From: Chiloscyllium plagiosum
Lineage: Eukaryota
DNA: 64,000 nt
NCBI RefSeq assembly: GCF_004010195.1
Contig: NC_057718.1
Span: 17,425,257 to 17,489,256, forward strand
Reading direction: 5' to 3'
A program made the position numbers and the translations under genes. Each line of letters opens with the position of its first letter. The first letter of the stretch is position 1. Of the stretch, positions 12,922-24,725 are shown piece after piece. The notes below the pieces were generated by a model that did not search any database, was not told where the DNA came from, and saw only the letters and a list, made by a program, of their open reading frames with translations.

Positions 12922-13399
12922 GTAAGCACTTTGAATGCATGTCATTAAAATTGGGTTATGGGAGTAGTGATTTGTGAAAAATTATCAAAGCAAAGCAAAA
13001 CTTTCAATGTTGTAGCAAAGATAACATGGGTGTATGATCTCTTAAAAGGTAGTTGCAATATTTTGTTTTGGCATGGGGGAGGATGTCTGAGATAATAAAA
13101 GTTGAATTATTTGAAATAGATATTTAAAAGAAGTAATTCTAATAAACATTTTCACGTGCACTTCCAGATTTAATTTTGCCATATTTCGTTTAAGCCATAA
13201 TGTGAGACAGGTTGATGAGGTGCACATGCTAAGCAAATTGTCTTGTGCCACTGTAGAGTGTGAAGCCCTACAGTTTACTTTGGTTGTGTTCTGCATACCA
13301 TATTCTGAGTAATGCAAACGTATTATGCTAATCTCTGGCACTCAACCTGTGTTCTGCCTCAAATTGTCAATTAGCCTCACTTTTGGTCCAGTCAACCTT

Positions 13400-13490
13400 C
13401 TTCACTCGACTTGAAATGTTGACTCTGCTTTCTGTCCACAGATGCTGCCAGATATCCTGAGTTTGTTCAGCAGTTTCTGTTTTCATGTTC
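13400..13490 (+). mobile_element. Old PLE family A-related terminal fragment
   Basis: gaaatgttgactctgctttctgtccacagatgctgccagatatcctgagtttg. Similar relics at ~14595-14690 (-) and ~63320-63440 (+). Confidence 0.55.
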
Positions 13491-13656
13491 TTATCACCAT
13501 AAGAAAGATGCAGATATAGTTCTTAAGACTGAAGGGATTAAAGGATGTAGGGAGAAAGTGGGAGTAGGATACTGAGTTGAATGATCACCTGTGATCATGC
13601 TGAATGACAGAGCAGGCTTGAAGGGCTAAATAGTCTACTCAAGTTGTTTGTTTCTA

Positions 13657-13963
13657 TTAGGTTAGATTAGATTAGATTAGATTCCCTACCGTGTGGAAAC
13701 AGGCCCTTTGGCCCAATCAGTCCACACCGATCCTCTGAAGAGTAACCCACCCAGACCCATTTCCCTCTGACTAATGCACCAAACACTATGGGCAATTTAG
13801 CATGGCCAATTCACCTGACCTGCACATCCTTATGACTATGGGAGGAAACCCACGCAGACACTGGGAGAACGTGCAAACTTCACACAGGCATTCGCCCATG
13901 GCTGGAATCGAACCTGGGACCCTGGTGCTGTGAGGCAGCAGTGCTAACTGCTGAGCCACCGTG
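13657..13963 (-). mobile_element. HE1-type tRNA-derived SINE
   Basis: Minus strand has A box TGGCTCAGCAG, B box GGTTCGATTCC, the conserved body and a (TCTAA)n tail. Confidence 0.88.
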
Positions 13964-14130
13964 AATGAATTGAATGAATGAATAATTGAATGAATATCCT
14001 TTATTATCACTTGTATTCCACCACAGAAGAAAACTAGTACAGTGAAAAATTTAATGGCCTTATAATGGTGCCATCTTAGGTACAAGTACCAACGTACAAA
14101 TCTTAGACTTAAAAAAAGTGTTGTTATACA
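13964..14130 (-). mobile_element. 3' end of the non-autonomous Rex1-tail element
   Basis: Minus strand reads aagatggcacc...ttttcactgtac...caagtgataataaa then (ttca)n. Confidence 0.55.
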
Positions 14131-15996
14131 AAACAGAATGAAAAGGATAGTAGTAACATTACTTAGTGTTTGAGAATGAGTTAGAAGTGAGGTAGTTACA
14201 GCATTGTGAAAAGGACTATATAATTTGCGGCAAAGCAAGTTAACCTCTTTGTCTTTGTCACTAGATGATTCACAGGAGCAATTGTAGTTGCTTTTCTTCT
14301 TTCATTTGACTTTCTCTTCCTCTTAGAAGGACATTCATTTTTGTTGTAATGGTTGATCTATCATGACAGAATACTCAATGTTTATTATTGTACATGAATG
14401 ATTTTAGAGTATGGTCTCCAAAATACTGAAAAAAATCCTGAACCCATGTTGTTAAATCAGAATTTGATGGATTTAGTCAGATAAACCAAGGCCACTGTAA
14501 TTTACCATACAGATTATTCAGAACAAAATATAAATTAATTTTCAAACCTAAATGTAGTGTAAAAGGATCTCAATAAGCAATGAAATTCCATAATTAAACC
14601 GAAAGTGCTAATAATACTCAGTAGGTCTGGCAAAATCTGTGGAGAGAGGTTAATTTTTCAAATCAAATATGGCTACTTCAGATGAAATGTCCATCATTTA
14701 TATCAAAATACAGAGAAAATCATTTAGGATTTAGGAAGATTTTCACTTTTATTCAGTTAATTGAGTTGTAAACTTTCTACGGTTGCAACTTACTGGATTG
14801 TCAGATCCCAGTTTTAAAGATTACCTTCAGGAGGAAGAGGACAAATTCTTCTCGTCTTTCCTTTTCATGTTCCAGGCACATCAAAGGTGATATAATGCAC
14901 TAATGTGGATAAAGATTGCACTAAACTGAATCGCAACATATTTAAGAGCTTAATTCTTTAGAAATAGTAGTATGCATTTACACTGCATAGGGTGATAGTA
15001 TTTTTTAATAATTTCTGAAGAATGTTCAAATTACTTCGGAGTATATGAGCTTTACATTATTTGTTTTGTAAAAAAAAATACAGTAACAAAATTGGTTAAA
15101 ATTAATTTTTCTGCATACACTTATTACATAGACAATCTACTAGCATCAATCTTTTTGTTTATGGAATATAAATATTTATAAGCTATTCTGTCAAAGTAGA
15201 TTGCACATTTACACAGAGATGAGAGCATTGTGGGACAGACCTTTTAACCTTTAAAGTAACAGCTCTCTACCTTGGAAAGTGTTAGAATGACGAGTAATCA
15301 AACACTTGAATTGGGGTGCAAAATTGTATTTTGTAGATTTGTAGCCATGATTTTCCATAGAAATGATATAGCCCAAAGACACAGACAATTCAATTGCTAA
15401 ATTAACCTCGACCATTCCTATGAACATTCTGGCAACAGGTTATGGAGGACTATTGCCTGAAAGTGTGTCTTAACATGATCTGCCACATGCTTGAACTAGA
15501 GTTTACAGAATAATGCCACAGGAACAGTTAAGCAATGAATTGTAATCAAAATATTTTTTGTCCGCTCTGTACATTTTGTTAACAATAACATTGTTATTCA
15601 TCTGAACCAAAGGAGAAATTTCAAATTTAATGGTTGCATAAGTAAGCACATTGGCTTGCTGGAAGCTCAATTTGCCAGATCTGTGTAAAGCAAGAAGAGC
15701 TGCTTTGCTGATTGACACACTGCATAAATCAGCAATATGTCGAAACCATTCTGTCACTGATTTTCTTGTGGCCCCAAGAAATTTCCAGTGACATGGTAAT
15801 TAAATGCCCATGAATTCGTAAAGTTAATGATGTGCTTATCATTGCTTTTTTAAATATAGTATAGTAAGATAACAGAACAAAGTAAATGGTCAATGATAAC
15901 ACGCACTACAAAGTGAAACAAGCTGACAGTAGATTAAGGCTGAAACTTTATTGCTGGAACAGCACAGCAGGTCAGGCAGCATCTAGGGAACAGAAG

Positions 15997-16032
15997 ATTC
16001 GACGTTTCGGGCACATGCCCTTCTTCAGGAAT
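15997..16032 (-). ncRNA. Intact minimal hammerhead ribozyme core
   Basis: Minus strand AUUC-CUGAAGA-A-GGGCA(UG)UGCCC-GAAAC-GUC-GAAU. Stem I is AUUC/GAAU, and a palindromic ACGU replaces stem III. Confidence 0.85.
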
Positions 16033-16187
16033 GAGCAGAGAGTGTTCAGCAGGAGAAGATAAAAGGTAGGGAGGAGGGACTTGGAGGAGGGGCGTTGGAA
16101 ATGTGATAGGTGGAAAGAGGTCAAGGTGAGGGTGATAGGTCGAAGTAGGATGGAGGCGGAGAGGTCAAGAAAAAGACTGCAGGTCAG

Positions 16188-16736
16188 NNNNNNNNNNNNN
16201 NNNNNNNNNNNNNNNNNNNNNNNNNNNNNNNNNNNNNNNNNNNNNNNNNNNNNNNNNNNNNNNNNNNNNNNNNNNNNNNNNNNNNNNNNNNNNNNNNNNN
16301 NNNNNNNNNNNNNNNNNNNNNNNNNNNNNNNNNNNNNNNNNNNNNNNNNNNNNNNNNNNNNNNNNNNNNNNNNNNNNNNNNNNNNNNNNNNNNNNNNNNN
16401 NNNNNNNNNNNNNNNNNNNNNNNNNNNNNNNNNNNNNNNNNNNNNNNNNNNNNNNNNNNNNNNNNNNNNNNNNNNNNNNNNNNNNNNNNNNNNNNNNNNN
16501 NNNNNNNNNNNNNNNNNNNNNNNNNNNNNNNNNNNNNNNNNNNNNNNNNNNNNNNNNNNNNNNNNNNNNNNNNNNNNNNNNNNNNNNNNNNNNNNNNNNN
16601 NNNNNNNNNNNNNNNNNNNNNNNNNNNNNNNNNNNNNNNNNNNNNNNNNNNNNNNNNNNNNNNNNNNNNNNNNNNNNNNNNNNNNNNNNNNNNNNNNNNN
16701 NNNNNNNNNNNNNNNNNNNNNNNNNNNNNNNNNNNN
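16188..16736. other. Assembly gap (N run)
   Basis: Read directly from the sequence. Confidence 1.
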
Positions 16737-17709
16737 GGTGGCCATCTGTGTTGTACGTATTTTGAACTGGTCCTCCTGGGAGCAGATGCGGCGGAGACGA
16801 AGGAATTGGGAGAATGGGATGGCGTTTTTACAGGGGGCAGGATGGGAGGAGGTGTAGTCTAGGTAGCTGTGGGAGTCGGTTGGTTTGTAGTAGATGTCCG
16901 TGTTGATTCGGTCGCCTTAGATAGAAACAGAAAGGTCTAGGAAGGGGGGGGAGGAGTCCGAGACTGTCCAGGTGAATTTGAGGTCGGGGTGGGAGGTGTT
17001 AGTGTAGTGGATGAACTGTTCAACCTCCTCGTGGGAGCACGAGGTAGCGCCGATACAGTCATCAATGTAGTGAAGGAAAAGATGGGGGGTGGGGCCAGTG
17101 TAGTTGTGGAAGATGGATTGTTCCACATACCCTACGAAGAGGCAGGCATAGCTGGGGCCCATGCGGGTGCCCATGGCTACTCCTTTTGTTTGGAGAAAGT
17201 GGGAGGATTGGAAAGAAAAGTTGTTCAGGGTGAGGACCAGTTCGGTCAGTCGAAGGAGGGTGTCGGTGGAAGGGTACTGGGTGGTACGGCGGGAAAGGAA
17301 GGAGCGGAGTGCTTTGAGTCCTTCGTGATGGGGGATGGAGGTGTACAGGGACTGGATGTCCATGGTGAAGATGAGGCGTTGGGGACCGGGGAAGCGGAAA
17401 TCCTGGAGGAGGTGGAGGGCGTGGGTGGTGTCACGGACGTAGGTGGGGAGTTCTTGGACTAATGGGGACAGGACCGTGTCGAGGTAGGAGGAGATGAGTT
17501 CGGTGGGGCAGGAGCAGGCTGAGACGATGGGTCGTCCGGGGCAGTCAGGTTTGTGGATGCAACTAATTAATTATTATGTTAATAATTAATGCAATTTAAT
17601 AAAGGTTTGATGTCTGCTCAAGAAACAACATGATATAGAAAACAATGCTTAATTCCTTGGCCAGTAATGGCAGCTGTTTTTCGCTATGTTGTCACAATCA
17701 TACAACAGT

Positions 17710-18330
17710 ATGGTGAAGAATGCAATTGGTACTCTTGCCTTTATTGGTCAGTGCATTGAGTATAGGAGTTCAGAGGTCATATTGTGGCCGTACAGGACAA
17801 TGGTTCGGCCACTTTTGTAATACTGCGTTTGTTTCTGGTCTACCTGCTATAGGAAAGATGTTGTGAAACTTGAACTTCAGAAAAGGGTGTTGTCAGCATT
17901 GGAGGATTTGAGTTACAGGGAGAGGCTGAATAGGTTGGGGCTACTTGCTCTGGAGCAGCAGAGGCTGAGGGGTGACCTTTAAAGAGGTTTATAAGGGGTG
18001 AGGGGCACGGATGGGGTGAGTAAGGTCTTTTCTCCAGGGTGGGGGAGTCCAAAACTAGAGGACGTAGGTTTAAGTTGAGAGAGAAAAGATTTAAAAGGGA
18101 CCTAAGGGACAACTTTTTCACGCAGAGGGTGGTGCATCTATGGAATGAGCTGCCAGAGGAGGTGGTGGTGGTGTACAGTTACCACATCTGGATGGGTATG
18201 TGAATAGAAAGGGTTTAGAGGGATATGGGCCAAATGTTGGCAAATGGGGCTAGTTTCTTTTTAAGGATATCTGGTCAGCATGAAGTTGGACCGAAAGGTC
18301 TGTTTCCATGCTGTATATTTCTATGACTAT
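17710..18330 (+). mobile_element. CR1 LINE 3' fragment
   Basis: Colinear with 1790-2436. Tail ctatgactat. Confidence 0.88.
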
Positions 18331-19074
18331 GATATCAATGTATTGGTTTAATTGCGAAAGTTGACATTTTGAATGTACAAAAATACAAAACACAACTTTT
18401 AATTTATTTTGGGATGTATTTGATATGGGCAAGATTGCATTTATTGCTATTTTCATTACTTTGAGATAAATGATTGACCACAGTTGGAAAGCAGTACTGT
18501 CGTTTAGCTGACAGGTCTCTTAAAATATAAACTAAGTACTCCTGGGAGTTTGGTCCAGTGACAGTGGATGAATGGCAGTACATACCATGTCATGTTGGTG
18601 TTTAACTAAGGGGAATTTTGGTAAATTGCATGTTCTATACAGTAAAGGTTGTAGGCCTAAAAGATTATTTCTGAAGAAAGTTTGACAAGTTGCTACATTG
18701 CATCTATAAATAGCATTGACTGCAGAAGTAATGGTGGAAATGATGGATTTTGAATCTACTGGGAAGGACACAGATCAGATGAAAGACTTTGACCTGGATG
18801 GTCCTGGGGTTCTTGACTAGTTGTTGTTATTGATATACACAGTAGTAACCACTTGTGAAAAATTAATTTTTCTGCAAAAAAATTTTGATGAATCAGATTC
18901 AGACTTAGTGAATAGTAACACTTGAGGTGTTAATCAGGGGACTTGACTGAAGCAGTAGTATTTCTCCCCAAAAGGGGTATTGTGGAAATTTGATCAGGAG
19001 GCAACTGGATTTTGCGCTGAGTAATTGCAGACATTGAAGTAGCACTGAGTTGTGAATGTAAAAGATCCTAGTGA

Positions 19075-19966
19075 AACCTTGCAGACGACACGAAAGTTGG
19101 TGGAGTCATGGACAGTTTGGAAGAATGTTACAGGTTGCAGAGATACTTGGATAAACTGCAGAATTGGGCTGAGAGGTAGCAAATGGAGTTCAATGCAGCT
19201 AAATGTGAGGTGATACACTTTGGGAAGAATAACAGGAAGGCAGAGTACTGAGTCAGTGGAAAGGTTGTTGGTAGTGTGGATGTGCAGAGGGATCTTGGAA
19301 TCCACGTACATAGATCCCTGAAAGCTGCAACCCAGGTTGATAGTGCTGTTAAGAAGGCATACGGTGTGTTAGGTTTCATTGGTAGAAGGATTGAGTTCCG
19401 GAACCGCAATATCATGCTGTAACTATACAAAATGCTAGTGCGGCCACACTTGGAATATTGTGTACAGTTCTGGTCGCCATTTTTCGGGAAGGCTGTGGAA
19501 GCATGAAAAGGTGCAGAGGAGATTTACCAGGATGTTGCCTCATCTGGAGGGAAGGTCATATGAGAAAAGGCTGAGAGATTTGGGTCTGTTCTCATTGGAA
19601 TGAAGAAGTCTAAGAGGGGATTTGATAGAAACATACAAGATGATCAGAGCATTAAACAGGGTAGACAGTGAAAGTCTTTTTCCTAGGATGATGACGTCAG
19701 CTTGTACAAGGGGGAATAACTACAAATTGAGGGGTGATAGATTTAAGACAGATGTCAGAGGCAGGTTCTTTACTCAGAGAGTGGTAAGGGTGTGGAATGC
19801 TCTGCCTGCCAATGTAGTTAACTCAGCCACATTAGGGGCATTTAAACAATTCTTGGATAAATGCATGGATGATGATGGGATAGTGTAGGGGGACGAGCTG
19901 AGAATAATTCGGCGCAACATCGAGGGCCGAAGAGCCTGTTCTGCGCTGTATTGTTCTATGTTCTAT
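19075..19966 (+). mobile_element. CR1 LINE 3' part, distinct subfamily with (TTCTATG)n tail
   Basis: ADDTK...RPHLEYCVQFWSP...RFFTQRVVRVWNALP. Same subfamily as 63671-64000. Confidence 0.9.
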
Positions 19967-21789
19967 AAAACCATCAGTAATCCATCACACTTCCAACCAT
20001 ATAATGACAGGCATGTCATTGATAAAGTATTTCAAGGTGGGGGCTAATTTGAAATATCAAATCCATCTTTTCAAGATTTTACTTAGAATTAATATTTTGC
20101 ATTTGCTATTGGCATGTGACACATGACTTGCAAAGTCCAACTACTGTAGCATCTGGCTTTGCTTCATCTATTAGTCACATTCATAGAAGCAAAAAGGATA
20201 AAATTATCATCAACTTCAACTTCAAATTACTTGGAGCAACTTTCAGAACTTATCAACACAGAACACAGGTCAAAATATTTTTTGAGATATCATTAAACTT
20301 GGAAACTTGTGGTTCAGTGTTGTGTGAATGCAGTTAGGCTATTTAATTTATTTAAACAGCTCACTCAATTTCAGCTTTGATTTACCAGTGGAAGATCTTA
20401 CGTTGTCTTGTGGTAAATCATCAAAGCTTTTGACTCCTGGGAATATGTTGACACATTTGTGTATATTCTTTAACTGTAAATATTGCAATTCTTTCCTGCT
20501 ATATTTCAAAATGAGCCACCCTGCCAGTTGGTAACAATAATGCTTATTGTGATGTCACATGCTTTCCTTAAAGAAAATCCTCCAAGTACAATTCTTGGAG
20601 CCAATTTTCTTTTTGTTGAACAAAGGATCTGTAGAATATCAATTAGCACTGAATTCATTTTATATTATGCATGTTTAAGCGGAATCTTAAGGTTGCTCAT
20701 TGATTTTAGCAGAGTTCACATTTGGTAGGCTTCTGTTTTTTGATAATTGATATATTTATTAGTCTTGAGGCATACTAGTCTATTTACAGTTGTCTTAAAT
20801 TTAGATAGGTGGCTTATTTATTTAGATTGCTGTAACTCATCCTGACTATTATTCTAAGCAAAAGAATTTTTTCCCTCTTGGATTGCATGCATAAAATATA
20901 TGGCAGAGAAACGGACCGTTTGGTCTATAGTGTTGGCATTTATGTTTTACTTGAGCCCTATCCCATCATTCCCTAACTCTATCATCATAACTCTATTCTT
21001 TGTCCAGTTTTCCCTTGCATCTTTTTCCATTCATTCTTGGGATGTGGCCATCCCTAACTAGCATTTATTGCCCATCACTCATTGCCCTTGAGCTGGTGAT
21101 GATGAGTTGCCTACATGCATATACAAACTTAACAATATATCAACACACTATGTCTATTAGTACCATAGAAGCTCATAATAGATACTAGTACCCCATCATT
21201 TCCAAAGAGTTACTGAGGCAATCTTTTTAAAGAGAACTGAGAAATACCACTGCTTATCTGCGGAACATGGATACTATTTAGTAGCACTTACCACAGTGTG
21301 CCATCACAGATGCTAGCTGGGAGTTACAGATATTGCCAACATTAATTAATTATCTACCAGACTATTGACTCTCAGCTCCACCACATATTCAGCTCCAGTA
21401 CATTCACCGGTTTAGTCAGTATGCAAACAATGACCAACAGAAAATCCCTAATCCATTTAGCTATTTTCAGTACCTAATGTCTCAATAGCTGTGATCTCTA
21501 TGCCTTCCCAAATTGTGAACGGGAAATTAAATCCAGACTAATTAGAGGGAAAATGTCTGTGAAACTTCTCTCCAACCCATCTAAATGAATAAATCTAGTC
21601 TGAGTCCTTCATGTCCTCAGTTCCTTGAAGTTACCTACCTCTTGCGACAGGCAATTTCCATCTCCAACCATAAGTAGCTCTCACTTGAAGAAATTTGGTG
21701 AATTTGTATCCTGATTGGCTGGCAGCCTGTACAGGAGGTCCACTAAGTAATATCATTCTAGTCTTGGAGGGCCATAGGACTGGTGACTC

Positions 21790-22213
21790 AAGGTTTGTGA
21801 GAAGATTTGTAGCTCGGGTGCTCGTTGCTGTGGTTCTGTTCGCCGAGCTGGAAGTTTTTGTTGCAAACATTTCGTCCCCTGTCTAGGTGACATCCTCAGT
21901 GCTTGGGAGCCTCCTGTGAAGCGCTTCTGTGGTGTTTCCTCCGGCATTTATAGTGGTCTGTCCCTGCCGCTTCCGGTTGTCAGTTTCAGCTGTCCGCTGT
22001 AGTGGCTGGTATATTGGGTCCAGGTCGATGTGTCCACTACAGCGGACAGCTGAAACTGACAACCGGAAGTGGCAGGGACAGGCCACTATAAATGCCGGAG
22101 GAAACACCACAGAGGCACTTCACAGGAGGCTCCCAAGCACTGAGGATGTCACCTAGACAGGGGACGAAACGTTCACAACAAGAACTTCCAGCTCGGCGAA
22201 CAGAACCACAGCA
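21790..22213. mobile_element. PLE family B fold-back element with ~182-bp arms
   Basis: Arms 21824-22005 and 22034-22215. The 28-nt loop encodes HIDLDPIYQ on the minus strand. 34-nt unpaired tail 21790-21823. TSD ACTGGTGACTC at 21779-21789 and 22214-22224. Confidence 0.92.
22135..22190 (+). ncRNA. Minimal hammerhead motif (GUU triplet), with a mirror copy on the minus strand at ~21860-21905
   Basis: CUGAGGA-U-GUCACC(UAGACA)GGGGAC-GAAAC-GUU. Stem I is not clearly resolved. Confidence 0.65.
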
Positions 22214-22439
22214 ACTGGTGACTCGTTAGAGTGAGATGACTGATTTAACCTGAGAGGCACCACACCCTGGATGAGGAGCGAGGTTGAGAATGTGAGACCT
22301 TCATGGTAACCTCAGCTAGTGGAAGTATTGAACCCATTTTCCTGGCATTGCTTTGCATCACATACCAGTTGTTCAGCTAAGTGACTCCATAAGGAAGACA
22401 ATTTGTGGAGTGGTTTGGTTCAATTATGTTAATAGACTA

Positions 22440-22830
22440 GAGAAACTGGGGGTTAATCTAATTTGAGTACAGCGTGAAGACATTTCATGGCAGTGTTTAA
22501 AATCATGAAGGATTTTAACAATGTAACTAAAGACCAACTGTTTTCAATGTCTGAAGAGTTAATAACAGGTCATAGAATTGAGGTAATGGATGAAAGAACC
22601 AGAGGTGAAATGAGGAACAAATTTTAATGCAGTGAATAGTTACAGTTTGAAATGTAATGCCTGAAGGGGTTGTGGATGAGGATTCCGTATTAATCTACAA
22701 AAGAGTTTTCAAAGTGGGAAAAGAAAATTCAAGGGTGTGAGGACTAAGGTGGGAAATGGGACTTTGTTGTTCAAAGCAGCCAGCATTGACTTACTGAGCT
22801 AAATGGTCGCCTCCTGTGCTGTATTATTCT
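22440..22830 (+). mobile_element. Old CR1 3' fragment
   Basis: Diverged match to the CR1 3' ends elsewhere in the window. Confidence 0.6.
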
Positions 22831-23129
22831 GGTGATGAAGGAATTCACCTCACACTTTCTCACTGCCCTGTCAAGCTTTAGCATGTTGTCTCCTTTTTCA
22901 TTTTGGGATGGTGGTGGGTTGCCTAAAATGGGAAAAGCACAAACATTGATGTGCATATTATTCAATACAGGTATGCTCTTAGAAATGCAACCTGTGGAAT
23001 GTTGAACCGCCTTGTGCCACAGAATTCAGATGATTTTGCTTTTGTAGCCAAGTACAAATGCTTATTGAGATACAACCACTCTGTTTCATTGAAAGCAATG
23101 CAGAAAATAATTCCAACTGTACTATTGCA

Positions 23130-23700
23130 TAGAAGCAAAGGAATAGGAGCAGGAATCAGCCAGTCAGCCCTTCAAGTATGCTCCACCATTCAGTATGATC
23201 ATGGCTTATCATTCAATTCAGTATCCTAGTCTCACTTCCTGTTCATTTCCTTTTCATCCATTCAGCTCTAAGAACGATCTCTGACTCTTTCTTGAAAATG
23301 TTCAATGTTCACTTTAATCCCTGCATGATAGTGAGTTCCACATTAGACCACAAGACGTGAGAGCAGAAATTAGGCTGTTCAGCCCATTGAGTCTGCTCCG
23401 CCATTCAATCATGGCTGATGCGTTTCTCAACCCCATTCTTCTGCTTTCTCCCTGTAACCCTTGATCCCCTTGATACTCAGAAACCTGTCTGTCTCAGTCT
23501 TAAGTATACTCAATGACCTGGCCTCCACAGCCTTCTGTGGCAATGAAACCCTTAGATTCACCACTATCTGGCTGAAGAAATTTCTCCTTATCTCTGTTCT
23601 AAAAGATCTTCTCTTTACTCTAAGGCCATGCTCTTGGATCCTAGTTTCTCCTAGCAATGGAAACATCTTCCCAGCACTACTTCTGCCCAGACCATTCTCT
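23130..23700 (-). mobile_element. Two adjacent CR1 3' tail fragments
   Basis: Minus-strand RRNFFSQIVVNL..LPQKAVEA and two copies of the tail (23130-23340, 23345-23700). Confidence 0.75.
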
Positions 23701-24326
23701 ATGTTTCTTGCCACTCTAGTTTAAAAAGGTTTCTTGTACATTCCGTATAGGTTTTGTAGGTGACTATCTTGTATTGATGGAGCACAGTGAATAACATCCC
23801 TACCCCTGAGTTAGAAGCTCCAAGTCTGAGTTCCACTCTGCTCCTGATGGCCAAGGATGGAGTGTTCATGACACAACCGACCATGATGAACATGAATTGG
23901 CAAATCTTTCCAATGGACACCAATGACAAACAGTAATAGCAAGAGACATTACTGATCCACCTTGTAATTGGAAGAATATTGGAATTTCTTAAGTTTCACA
24001 GTTCCAGACTACAAAATTGAAGATGAAAGTGTCACCGCAACTTGGATGTATTGAGTGAATTGAATATACCACCTGACATCGATGATTTATAGTTATACTG
24101 TTCTCTAGTTGTCTGTGTCCTTTCCATTTGAGGCTTCATAATTTGTTGAGAGGAGCCGAAGCCTATCAATCCATCCATGTATGTATACCTACCCATTTTT
24201 GGTAATGTCCTTGTAAACCTTTTCTGCAGCACCTAATGTTTCTATTTTTAAAAATATATTATAATCACAGTAATGTAAGTGTGGTTCCCCATTTTATTTT
24301 CAATTGTGCATCTAGAAATAAAGCCT

Positions 24327-24391
24327 AGTGTGTGGTTTGCCTTTTTTGATGACCTTGATCAAGTGTGTGGTTTGCCTTTTTTGATGACCTT
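24327..24391. repeat. 30-bp perfect direct duplication separated by GATCA
   Basis: AGTGTGTGGTTTGCCTTTTTTGATGACCTT at 24327-24356 and 24362-24391. Confidence 0.9.
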
Positions 24392-24423
24392 TTTGTGTCA
24401 GCCAACATCTGACACAAATTTTG

Positions 24424-24725
24424 GATTAGATTACTTACAGTGTGGAAAAAGGCCCTTCGGCCCAACAAGGCTACACCGATCTGCCGAAGCGCACCCATCC
24501 AGACCCATTCCCCTATACCTAACACTACGGGCAATTTAGCATGGCCAATTCACCTAACCTGCACATTTTTGGACTGTGGGAGGAAACCGGAGCACCCAGA
24601 GGAAACCCACGCAGACACTGGGAGAATGTGCAAACTCCACAGTCAGTCGCCTGAGGTGGGAATTGAACCCGGGTCTCTAGCGCTGTGAGGCAGTAGTGCT
24701 AACCACTATGCCACCGTGCTGCCCA
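24424..24725 (-). mobile_element. HE1-type SINE
   Basis: A/B boxes, body and tail as in 13657-13963. Confidence 0.88.

Larger units (their letters stand above)
15938..17560 (-). mobile_element. Penelope-like retroelement family A: RT plus terminal repeat, spanning an N gap
   Basis: MDIQSLYTSIPH, LTLNNFSF, QTKGVAMGTRMGPSYA, YIDD and PFLDL are PLE RT motifs. The terminal repeat with hammerhead lies at 15938-16035. Gap at 16188-16736. Confidence 0.92.
21730..22390 (-). mobile_element. Old tRNA-derived SINE interrupted by the PLE fold-back
   Basis: B-box-like GGGTTCAATAC on the minus strand near 22330. The body is continuous across the duplicated target site. Confidence 0.45.

Noticed and set aside
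12321..12977. 218-aa LINE-FEZ2 fusion ORF
   Set aside because: Open read-through from decayed CR1 3' sequence into a normal exon with its own splice sites. Nothing supports translation.
15972..16857. Long ORFs of about 257 aa
   Set aside because: Artefacts of the N run.
21883..22156. Near-identical 75-aa ORFs on both strands
   Set aside because: A direct consequence of the palindrome.
24327..24391. CRISPR-like repeat pair
   Set aside because: Two copies with a 5-nt spacer in vertebrate DNA, so a local duplication.
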